Of a stretch of DNA of 64,000 bases, positions 53,380 through 64,000 are shown in pieces; the first letter of the stretch is position 1; each line of letters opens with the position of its first letter. This stretch comes from Marsupella aquatica (lineage: Eukaryota > Plantae > Marchantiophyta): the NCBI GenBank assembly GCA_973895155.1, contig OZ316899.1, forward strand, positions 15,651,974 through 15,715,973, written 5' to 3'. Under the pieces are notes generated by a model. The model was given only the letters and a program-made list of their open reading frames with translations. It had not been told where the DNA came from and did no database searches. The translations under genes and the position numbers were made by a program.

Positions 53380-54220
53380 AGGGTTGATTTGGGAGGCAGA
53401 GGACGGATACTAGCAGGGTGAATGGTGCACAGGTTTGATGCCATCAGGGCTCGCGGTGGGATTGCCACACTATGTGGGGTGTCGTGATCATGAGTTCACA
53501 TTTTGAGAATGGCAGGATCAGAGTTCATCCCTTTGTGTTTTGCATGGCCGTGGCAGGGAGCCACAACGAAGAAGGGAAGGGTTTAGGGAAAACCCCTTAA
53601 CCTGTAAACACAAAACCCTAACTGCCAGGAGGGAAGGCTGAGTGGTGCCTTGGTTTGATACCAGATGAGATTGCTGCACTATGCGGAGTTCTGATCATGA
53701 GTTGACATTTCGAGAATGGCAGGATTGGAGTTATCCCTTTGTGTGTGCGAGGCCGGGGCAAGGAGCCATGACGAAGAAGGTAAGGGTTTAGGGAAAACCC
53801 CTAAACACGTAAACACAGAACCCTAACCGCCGGGAAGGCTGAGGGGTGCCCTGGTTTTCTGCCATGAATGGAGTTTGAGGTAATTCCAGGTTCGGGCAAC
53901 CCTAATAAACCCTAAACTCCGGGCGTGTGTGTGCTGGCCAGCCGCACAGGGAGAGGCTCTACGTGATCGATAGTCGTGCAGCGGGGAGTGGAAGAAGGCA
54001 AGGGTTTAAGGAAAACCCCTAAACATGTAAACACAAAACCCTAACCGCTGGGAGGGAAGGCTGAGGGGTGCCCTGGTTTTCTGCCATGAATGGAGTTTGA
54101 GGTAATTCCAGGTTCGGGCAACCCTAATAAACCCTAAACTTTGGGCGGGTGTGCCCTGGCCAGCCACACAGGGAGAGGCTCTACGTCACAGTCGTGCAGC
54201 GGGGAGGTGGAAGAAGGCAA
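53380..54220. repeat. Imperfect ~200-bp repeats with GGGTTTAGGG-AAAA-CCCCTAAAC hairpins
   Basis: Motif seen near 53578, 53783 and 54001. Confidence 0.75.
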
Positions 54221-54494
54221 AGATGGGACTAGTACAATAGTGGTTCTAGTATAGTTTTGTGGAGGGTGTTCGTGTTCTCTAAGGCAAGTGTTGTGCCCAT
54301 GGAGTGAACGTGGGTTGAGGGTCTACGGTCACGCATCCTGGTTGCTGTAAAGCCAGGAATTAGGTATCGCAAAATTAGATGGTAGGGAAATGATTGAGTG
54401 TTATGGAATTGCCCAGAAAGAGGTGAATCCCATGAGTGAAGTTCCAGGAGAGGCAGAGGTGAGGCAGTCCATAGTGGCCGCAGCGTATGGAGAG

Positions 54495-56130
54495 GCTCTA
54501 CGCGATAGATGGCAGGGTAGGCAGAGTTGGTGCGAGGGAGTACGGGAAGATGGCCGTAGTGCTATCCTGGCTCCCGAAGCAGTGACGTTTGAAGAATGGT
54601 GCAGGGATTGATTTACTTTGTATTTTCATGGCACGACTGTCTTTTTTGGGCATTCGGGGCAAGAAGAACACGAAACTAGGGTAAACCCTAAACCGTAAAC
54701 GGTAAACCCTGAACCAGAAACGGTCAACCCCAAACCGTAAATGTGAGTTGGCATTTGGAGGATGATAGGATTGTAGTTGATCCCTTGGTGTATTGGGGGC
54801 CGTGGGAGGGAGCCACGAGGAACAACACAAGGGTAAGGGAACCCTAAAATAAACCCTAAATGATGGGGAGGGAGGGTGGGCAGAGTTGATGCGAGGGGAG
54901 TATGGGAAGAAGGCCGCAGTGCTATCCGGGCTCCTGAAGTAGTGACGTTTGAAGAATAGTGCGGGGATTGATTTACTTTGTATTTTCATGGCACGACTGT
55001 CTTTTTCGGGCGTTCGGGGCAAGAAGAACACGAAACTAGGGTAAACCCTAAACCATAAACCCTAAACCAAAAACGGTCAACCCCGAACCATAAACGTGAG
55101 TTGGCATTTGGAGGATGATAGGATTGTAGTTGATCCCTTGGTGTATTGGGGGCCATGGGAGGGAGCCACGAGGAACAACACAAGGGTAAGGGAACCCTAA
55201 AATAAACCCTAAATGACGGGGAGGGAGGGTGGGCAGAGTTGATGCAAGGGGAGTATGGGAAGAAGGCCGCAGTGCTATCCGGGCTCCCGAAGCAGTGACG
55301 TTTGAAGAATGGTGCGGGGATTGATTTACTATGTATTTTCATGGCATGACTCTCTTTTTTGGGCGTTCGGGGCAAGAAGAACACGAAACTAGGGTAAACC
55401 CTAAACCGTAAACCCTAAACCAGAAACGGTCAACCCCGAACCGTAAACGTGAGTTGGCATTTGGAGGATGATAGGATTGTAGTTGATCCCTTGGTGTATT
55501 GGGGGCTGTGGAAGGGAGCCACAAGGAACAACACAAGGGTAAGGGAACCCTAAAATAAACCCTAAATGACGGGGAGGGAGGGTGGGCAGAGTTGATGCGA
55601 GGGGAGTATGGGAAGAAGGCCATAGTGCTATCCGGGCTCCCGAAGTAGTGACGTTTGAAGAATGGTGCGGGGATTGATTTACTTTGTATTTTCATGGCAC
55701 GACTGTCTTTTTCGGGCGTTCGGGGCAAGAAGAACACGAAACTAGGGTAAACCCTAAACCGTAAACGGTAAACCCTGAACCGTAAACGTGCGTTGGCATT
55801 TGGAGGATGACAGGATTGTAGTTGATCCCTTGGTGTATAGGGGGCCGTGGGAGGGAGCCACGAGGAACAGCGCAAGGGTAAGGGAACCCTAAAATAAACC
55901 CTAAATGACGGGGAGGGAGGGTGGGTAAAGTTGATGCGAGGGGAGTATGGGAAGAAGGCCGCAGTGCTATCCGGGCTTCCAAAGCAGTGAGTTTTGAAGA
56001 ATGTCGCGGGGATCGACTTGCTTTGTAATGTTGGTTCCTTTGTATTTTCATGGCGGGACGGTCTTTTTCGGGCACTCGTGGCAAAAAGACCAATGAAAAA
56101 GACCGCAAAGACCGGGCATTGCGATCGTTG
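54495..56130. repeat. ~340-360-bp satellite, block 2 (~4.5 units)
   Basis: Same unit as block 1, ending in the same terminal variant (gatcgacttgctttgtaatgttggttcc...gaccgggcattgcgat). Confidence 0.92.
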
Positions 56131-57086
56131 GCCTGCACAAAAATGTATATAGGGGTATTTTGGCTTTGATGATTGGGGTATTTTGATGTTGAGATTTGCC
56201 GCAGCCAGGAGTCGATACCGGTGGTATTTTTGCTTGGATGTTTGGGGTACCGTGAGGCGATCAATTCACCACCCTGTGCAGATGATGAACGCTGTGGACC
56301 GAGGAGGGGCATGTCGAGGGACCATCAACGTTGTCATGCAAGGAGTCGACCATCATCATGGAGGGATGACTACCTCGGGGGAATTTACAAACGACAGCAA
56401 ACAGATAACAGTAACAGGAAACAGATTCTGGTACCAGTTAAAAGGAGCTGTTACCAGTGAACAGTGTTTGGATGGTCGTGAACAGTGATCTTAAAAAAAG
56501 GTCTCAAAATCTCCATTTGAAAGTACAAGAATAGAAAACAAAACCACCAAACCCTCGTGATAAATAAAAGAACAACACGGGAACAATTTTTTGAAACATA
56601 AAAGACGGTTGCCAATTGAGATACACAAAATCCAAGACAAATACAAGTAGAAAAGAAAGGCCGGAAAAAACATTCGCATATATTATCGCAAAATAGAAAA
56701 CGCGCTCGGCTTAAGTGATACAAAATGCAGTTATCAACATCAACAATCTGGCCTAAAAATCCCATCCATGAAGTCACGGTCGACACCGTCGAAGGTTTTC
56801 GACTAATACATGAACAGCGCTCGGCGCTAGCCAAAAACTAACTAGAAAACTAGTCGTTTCTTGGAGACAAGATGCGTCCAAACCCAGACAACATAGTCAA
56901 GATCCATTCCCTCCCACAAAATCCGTTGTCGTTTCAATAGCGCCCGGCGCTAGCCAAAACCTAAATAGTAGAAAACCGGGAAAACCCTAACACCAGAGCT
57001 GAGGTCGACTTCAATGCCACAAAATCCAGAAAACTTTAGCAGCGCCCGGCGCTAGCTTAAAGCGATCAGCAAAACAAAATTTCCAT

Positions 57087-57548
57087 CTAGCTTTCTGAGT
57101 TGCAATCATCATCCACTCTTGCTGCTTCTCTCCGCCGATCTTTCTTGAAGCCGAGACCACGCAAACGAACGTATCCCTCTGAAGGTCCTCGACGAACAGC
57201 CCTCGTAAAATGTTCATTAGGAATATTACTATCCTTAAAATCAACTCGCCCAAACATTTCTTGTACTCTTCGATCGATTGGGAGTACCCCATCAACAAGA
57301 ACTCCCGAGTGAGACGAAAACCGACTAGAGAACAGAGGCATAGGGGAATCGACAATCCAAGCGATGTTCTTCTCTCCAGGACTAATAGCCTCATCATACG
57401 GGAGAGCATGACGGTTCCAAAAAGTGGAAGTTTCAGTTTCTTCAGTCTCCATCCGCGATTCAAAAGAGCTGAAATGGCTCTCTTCCGGACGCACACGAGA
57501 AGGACGAAAAGCTGCCTCCCAATCCATTGGCTCATACTGACTCGCCAT
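57087..57548 (-). CDS. Hypothetical 153-aa protein
   Basis: ATG-initiated ORF bracketed by palindromes; no recognisable motif. Confidence 0.3.
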   Translation of the reverse strand: MASQYEPMDWEAAFRPSRVRPEESHFSSFESRMETEETETSTFWNRHALPYDEAISPGEKNIAWIVDSPMPLFSSRFSSHSGVLVDGVLPIDRRVQEMFGRVDFKDSNIPNEHFTRAVRRGPSEGYVRLRGLGFKKDRRREAARVDDDCNSES

Positions 57549-58143
57549 GTTCCAAAGATCCCGATCTAATATGTAACCTCTCCTCCCGTAAGAACGTCAT
57601 CCGCGAGTGCTATAGCCGACAAAGGTCAAAGAAAGGTCCGCGAAGACTAAGACGCCAGATAAAGGTCCGCGTACACTACCATTCCGAAATGACCATCAAA
57701 CTATCATCGTCCCGTTCTATTGCCTCCCAAAACTATCTTCGCCTTGGTAACAGGTATCGTCCCGTTCTCTCGCCCTGCTCTAACGTCCCGTTCTATCATC
57801 TTCCCGAAACTATCGTCGTCCTCAACTATCGACGTCCCCAACTCTTGTCGTCCCGAACAAACCTAAACGGAAACTATAGTCGTCCCTTCCGCCCGGTCCC
57901 TAAACTATGGTCCCCAACGGTTTTCCGACGACTGACTAAAGAACACAATCTGACGACTGACTAAACGGCCATTTAGAGATTCCATTTGGCGAGCGCCAGG
58001 CGCTTGTAAAGAACAGAAGTCAAAAGTAATCAACAAGTAGAGAGAATCAACAATTTCAAAGGACCCTCAACAGAGGGAAATAATACACTTGTTACAAGCG
58101 CCGAGCGCTGCTAAAAGATTTAGCCTCAACTACCCACTACTTC

Positions 58144-61100
58144 TCACGGTTCCCAAGATTCTGAGTGGGAACCAGAATCTGTACTCTGGGATCTGTCTGT
58201 GGACACAGCCTCATCATCTACGTACTGGCTGCGGGAGAAGTCATCAACATAAGGATGTTTAATGAACTTTCGGTCAACACCCCTTCGTAACCGAAGACCT
58301 TTGTTTTCCCAGCAAAGTGTCCTTGCACTTTCTGCTTTCCTTGCGGCTTTCTCTGCATAGGAGGGAAGAACAAACGGTTTTTCCGGTGTTTCTACGTTGT
58401 GTCTCGCGATCTTCCTCCGCAGTTTGAATCGTCTCCTTGCATTCCACTCTGACCTGATATAACAAAGTCCATTTTGTAAGGCACCTTTCCCCAAAACAAC
58501 AAAAGAAATGTTATGAATTGACGGGAATGGAGAAAGAAGCTTACGAGTTTATGAACATTACTCGAAAGAGTCATCACTATCGGTTTCATCTGCAGCTGCA
58601 CGACGCTCTCCCTTTTCCTCCTCAGAGTTTCTTGTACCTTGTTCCTCTCCACCTTCACTCGATTCATCATCAGAATCAAAATTGAGAACCGACCGAAGCT
58701 TATCTTTTTTTTTTCTGTCAGCAGTAGGAACAGGTGGAGGTAACACTGCAATCTCTTTGGGAGACAACAAATCCATGAAAACCTTTGAAGCGGTTTCAAT
58801 AAATTCTTTCCGGTGTTCTATCCCGAGTACAAATCGTCCAGAGAAGTCGCCAGCAATGTAAGAGCCTCCAGCCCCAGCAGTCCAATCCATAAAAAAATCA
58901 CGAGGCCGTGTGACAAGCTCTATAACAGATTGCATAAAACCCACAGACAGACGAGCATTTCCAGCAAACTCCATTTGCGGGAATGGATCTGATTTGAGCG
59001 AAGAGAGTCCGATCAAATTGGTAACCGAAGGGTCCTCACTGATGGACAGCGGCCGAAATTTGGGGTCTTTGGGAATTTTACATTTCCCATAATTCGGCCA
59101 AATATGTCGAGCCTGAGGGTAAACATCTCTCGGTCTGTCTTTGCCGCATACATCGGGTCAGACATCACAACATTATGCGAGCATATACACTGAAATTTCC
59201 TTGACTCCTGACAGGCAGCAATGACTTGCGACATGGGATCGTACTCCCCATTGTGTAGAATTACAAGGAACCCATCATCTGATAAAAATGGATCCATGGA
59301 TTTGAAAAAAGATCTCGCCATTGAGTGATCTGGAATGTTCCATTTAGGAACCTTCTTATCAATGATAGATGGTTTGAACCCGGTCGGTAGGTAAATGAAG
59401 CCGGCATCCACTCCAAACGATCTTACTTTTCCCCCCCGAACAACTCCCTTCTCTTTAAATCCCAACTTAACGAGGTCTTTTCCCCATTTCTCCACATCAC
59501 TAACCCACTCGGGCTTCTCCTCCTTGTTGAACGTCGAGTCAAAAAAATTCAGAAAGGCTTGTCTCAACCATGCAATGGCGAGACACAGTTGTTTTGAAGT
59601 TTCCAACTTCACGTTGGAAACCAGAAGCTATAACACTCTCCCTTAAAGATTGCCCACCTGCGACAGCTCTCTTTTGTTTCTTCCTGGTACTCATGGCGTC
59701 GATAGGAACTATAACCTTCCCTTTGTCGACTGGAGTAATGGGGTCCGATCGAGCTCCCGTGTTTGCCTCGGAAACTTCAGGTGTAGCATCCTTTTTAGTA
59801 TCTCCCATTCCCACCGTATTAGACTTCCTCCCTCCTAAAATATAACCAGGTCGTAGTTAGAATAAGTACTTTTAAAGTATTGAAAGAAGCTAGCGCCTGG
59901 CGCTAACCAAATGCAATTCACTTAAGTCGCAACCGAAGCCTAATAACCAAGAAAGAGAATACCCTCAACAGAATATTTTTTGCCAGCGCCTGGCGCTGGC
60001 AAAATCATGGATAGCAATACTTACTCTTCTTTCCAGATTTAGTAGACCCGCTTGGTGCTGCTAGCTCCGCTTTGGCTTTCGCGCGAGGTTTGCGACTCCG
60101 GTCCACATGCACAACAGTTGTTTCACAGATAGTTTGCAAGTTTGTGGCAGACTTGTCTACATCGTCAAGTAGACCCTGCTTCATGTAGGACACAAGTTTT
60201 GCTGGTATCTGAGACTTTGAAAGCTTATGGAAGGCATCTTTTTCCCTTTGATCAAAAGGAGAATCCCATCTATCTGTATCTAGATACCAGGGGCAGTGAG
60301 TTCTCTCCCATTCTGTCATTGGTCTCGGAGGAAATATGCCCTCCGTGGGGTACATAGAGTACAAATCAGCCAAGGCATCATCTTCACTTATTGAAATCCA
60401 CTTCATAAAAGCTGCAGGATATGCCCAGAAGTAATCAGGTTTGGTTACCTCCATGTGCATGTAGAACCTATACACAAACCTCTTCGCTCGCTTCTGGTTT
60501 CTCTGGGTGTAATCTTCTTTGTCAGGGTACTTTGAAGGCCACATAGTGTGAAAGAACTTATTCTTCACGGAATCACCAAATCTCTTGAATTCATTTGTAA
60601 CAAACTGAACTAGATCATCAAACGAACTACAATTCCACTCTTCCAATCTATTTGCGGGCATGGTTTGCTCAACTTCACGTAGACATGAATGTAACATGCC
60701 AGCAACAATTCCCTCCACACTATTCCAAGTGATCCAAGTGTGGCACCACTGTTTGACTGGATCATCGTTAACACTTGCTGGGTGAAAAAACTGTCTCCGC
60801 AGCTCAGGATTGCAATGTGCCACAAGTAAAGTGCTTCGTAACTTTGGGTCTAGAGCAGAAACAGCGGTGAACAATCGTGTGCGGTCCATCGTACATACAA
60901 CGGTGTCAGGCTTCTTCTCTCTCTTGTTTCTCTCTGTGACAGCATACATTTCTGCACATGTACTGAGGAAATCTTCAAATTCAGGACTTAATAAGGGCGT
61001 AATTTTTGAAGACTTCACTGCCCAATCTTTGGTTGCATCTTTCATCATGGCCGCATGCCGTTTTGAAATCTCGTCCGCCGACCATGGACTCCCTTGAGCC

Positions 61101-62236
61101 TCCGCTGCCTCCATGTCGAGTTTGAATTGATGCGAGTACGACTTTATCTTATTCTCACAAAGAATGTAAACAAGTGCTTCTTGTGGCATCTTCTTCGTAT
61201 ACCATGACCCCTTCCGAGTTTTCAGCCGAATGCTTTCAAACTTCTTGAAATTACCCGGGTCAATCAGTTTACTGTAATACTCAAGGTCATCCGCCAGAAT
61301 TCATTTGATTTTGTCCGCATCCAGGATCCAGGAAGGCTCTACAACTGCTTGGCCAAGCCTACACGAACAAACGTTGAGAGTAAGAGTCAATGAAAAACAA
61401 TTCATGTATAAGCAGCGCCAAGCGCTAGTAAATACAGCACTCGCAAGATTTAAAGAAAGAACTGGAAATCATGAGAACTTACTGATTCACGGTGTGCATA
61501 GCTGCCTCAATTTCAATGAGAGATCCCTTGTCTCCTTTAAATAAATTGTACAGAGCACACGAGGATGATATTTTGGATTGTCCGGGTTCTCCTCTGTTAC
61601 AAGCGTCCAGGAGTACAGCCTGTGATTTCCATCGAATACAGAGAACATCTTATCCTTCAAGACAAGAAAATCCGGGTCAGCCTCGCATTCAGCCTCAAAC
61701 TTCTCGTTCTCCAATTGCCATATTGGATCCCATGAATCACGAATGTCCTGGGTACAGGTCAGAACAATTCCGTTCTCATCCGTTGGCTGCACATAGAAAC
61801 GCATCCCTATCGAAGAGTTGTAACCCATACTACGAAAAGAGTCTTTCAGCTTCTCGATGGAAGAGCTGTCTTTCTGCAGAGTACGAACCACCTCCATGTG
61901 AACCAATCGACACAGAGGGATTCGAGGCGGCTCCTTGTCAAATCCATGAGAATCCTTTCCAAAAGACATGACATGCTTCGAAATGAGATCAGTCTCAGCA
62001 AGCGCGCAATCCGCAACATCCTGGATCGCAATTATGTCTACGTTGTCCATCTTTCTTCGCAAAGGATTTGGACCCAAAACACCACTGACAGAAGTGAGCA
62101 GCAACAACTTTGAGGAACGAGTTACACGACGTGTATAGACTGAACTAGTAAACGAAGACTGCAAAGATTCAGAATAAGCTCGCTCCTGGTCAGGAACCAC
62201 ACTATACCCTCTGGAAGAAGAGGGGAATACCTCCAT
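58144..62236 (-). pseudogene. Multi-exon ParB-like + N4/N6 MTase-like gene, disrupted
   Basis: ParB-like: IPLCRLVHMEVVR...IEKLKDSFRSMGY...FSVFDGNHRLYSW. MTase-like: VDAGFIYLPTG...PKWN...FLSDDGFLVILH and LSVGFMQSVIELVTRPRDFFMDWTAGAGGSYIAGDFSGRFVLGIE. GT-AG introns at ~61359-61482 and ~59836-60023. Several frameshifts and a TGA near 61302. Confidence 0.7.
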
Positions 62237-63214
62237 CGTCTTCCTTCTAGAAGCGTACGAACTATCGTACAATGAAATTATGGAACTATAATCATCTCTG
62301 AACGTGTAATATATTCTAGCGGGAGGATGACATAACCTAGAGGAAAGCCATTAGCTCTGATGTTTGGCGGTTTCCAACGTCTGTATACGGAAGGTTTAAT
62401 TACCAAAATCAAACGGTAGAAGATGCGTAACACACACGGAAGTCATAAGTTACCGTTGAATGTTACCGTTAAAGACATTTCCTAACATCATATCAATACT
62501 AGCGCCGGGCGCTAGCATTAATGATGACCATCAAGGTGAACAATTTAGAGTATGCTTATAATAGCGCCCGACGCTAGTATAAACTGGAAGAAATTTAGAG
62601 GTCTTTTTTGAAGGAGCTATGACATAAATTTCGGCCTTTCCACCCCCATATTTTATTAAAGTATCCTTCAGTACATTGTTTACGGAGAAATATTTCTCAA
62701 ATGTAATACTAGCGCCCGGCGCTAGTATAAATGTTCATTTATCATCCATAATCAATCAAAACCATCCTTTGAAGGCACCATTTATTCCCAATTACCACCT
62801 GGTATGTGGTCATAATGTTCATTTTAAGGGAATTTATTCTATACTAGCGCCGGGCGCTAGTTTGGAATGTCGAGATTTCAGTTTGGAATGTCGAGACACA
62901 TTTTTAGTGGCGTATTTTAGTTAGCGCCAGGCGCTACTAAAATTTGACAATACCTTGTCATATCTTATGGTCTGTTTAAGTAAGGTTGGTGATCTTTTTA
63001 GCAATATGTTCGTGTCTGACATCCGGACTTCTCGGGGAAAAAATGACAAAAATCATTTATGGTGCCAACGGATCCTCCATCGTCTATGTTTTATGTCGTA
63101 TACAAACGGATCGGTTAACGTCAAATTCCCAGGTTCGACAGATATAAGCTGAACAATACCATGAACTTTTCTTCTTTCAAACGCTATAGCCCTCGGTTTT
63201 TGTTTTTGTTCACC

Positions 63215-64000
63215 ATGTCTCGGTCTATCATTCTTTCTCGATTCGGTTCTGAAGATATTGTGACTATCCCCGTCCCCATGGAAGATACGTACAAGCAAGT
63301 CCGGGAGAGGTATCTCTGCGGGAGATTTGATTTGAAGATGAATGACATTGAGGCCATTGTTCGAGAGCTCGAATCCATTGATGATATCGAGGATGCTGCA
63401 ACGTTCAATGTCGATGATGGTGAACGGTTTTGGCATCTCTACGCAGGGATCTCGTACTCGGTTCGTTTAAGACAGCATGCAGGACTGTCCAGTTTCCCGC
63501 CGGTTCCATGTGATGTGGTTGAGATTTCTTCAAGTGAGGATGGAGATCGTACTCTAAGTCCACCGTCGAAGAAGAAAAGCCCGCTCCCTGCTGTCGTGAA
63601 AGCTGAGACTCCGGGAAGCTCTAAGCAGTTGGAGGTCGTGTACCGGCGCAGTGCGATGGATACGTTACTCAAATCAACTGGTCATAGTGAGTTGTCACGG
63701 TTCATATCAGCGGGTCATTTCAAGCATGAACAAGTGTCCTGTCTGCCAACTAAGTACAATGGTAACGTCGTCGCCCATTGATAAGATGCTCTCTAAAGGC
63801 TCTAGGCTTAGGGACATGGATCGTGCCAAAGATTGTTACATTTGGACACGCATATTTCCAACAATTGCAACTGTTCATCCTAAAAACCTTTGGCAGTTTG
63901 GGAAGGTTACCTGTACGGGATTCATTGAATGCAGGAACAAGTCCTGCGACTATTTCCAAAGGAAGAAGAAGGCAAATGCTAAGGCATGGCAGGGTACTCC
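63215..64000 (+). pseudogene. Probable transposase N-terminus (GCM/WRKY-like Zn domain, MULE-type?), frameshifted, continues off the window
   Basis: VSCLPTKYNGNVV, then after a shift near 63775: MDRAKDCYIW...VTCTGFIECRNKSCDYF...NAKAWQG. Divergent from the ParB-MTase gene. Confidence 0.45.

Larger units (their letters stand above)
56815..62937. repeat. At least 13 dispersed palindromes (T)AGCGCC-N-GGCGCT(A)
   Basis: Near 56815, 56938, 57040, 57991, 58096, 59891, 59984, 61413, 62500, 62562, 62710, 62845 and 62922. The longest is ATACTAGCGCC-C-GGCGCTAGTAT. Confidence 0.9.

Noticed and set aside
50575-56130. True telomere
   Set aside because: The heptamers are short, degenerate, interstitial and embedded in longer units.
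50671-56312. ORFs up to 306 aa in the satellite
   Set aside because: They track the ~350-bp repeat unit, shift frame between units and show no domain motifs.

Overview
This is eukaryotic, land-plant-like DNA (GT-AG introns, CCCTAAA-type telomere motifs, many CGA>TGA and CAG>TAG nonsense changes) made almost entirely of nested mobile elements. A bryophyte/liverwort-type host is only a guess. Main contents, left to right: (1) a degraded OrsD/DUF3505-like C2H2 gene at the left edge; (2) a 1.4-kb MULE-like non-autonomous element; (3) a gene fusing a retrotransposon-accessory-like domain to a TRF/telobox Myb domain; (4) a complete 13.4-kb DNA transposon in that gene's last intron (26-bp TIRs, TTGT TSD), encoding a Sola/DUF7869-like transposase head-to-head with an intact 1374-aa ParB-like + N4/N6-DNA-methyltransferase-like protein, plus an FCP1/NIF phosphatase-like ORF; (5) a 17.3-kb rearranged Ty3/gypsy element whose ~3-kb LTRs contain a protein gene; (6) a Ulp1 protease and a second MTase-like pseudogene; (7) telomere-motif satellites; (8) a further ParB + MTase-like gene, head-to-head with a probable transposase N-terminus. 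The most striking pattern is that three divergent MTase-fold genes each sit among their own distinct palindromic motif, repeated in introns and intergenic DNA. This suggests a transposon-borne protein plus cognate-palindrome module (parS-like or VANC-like). All domain calls are by-eye motif recognition; no searches were run.
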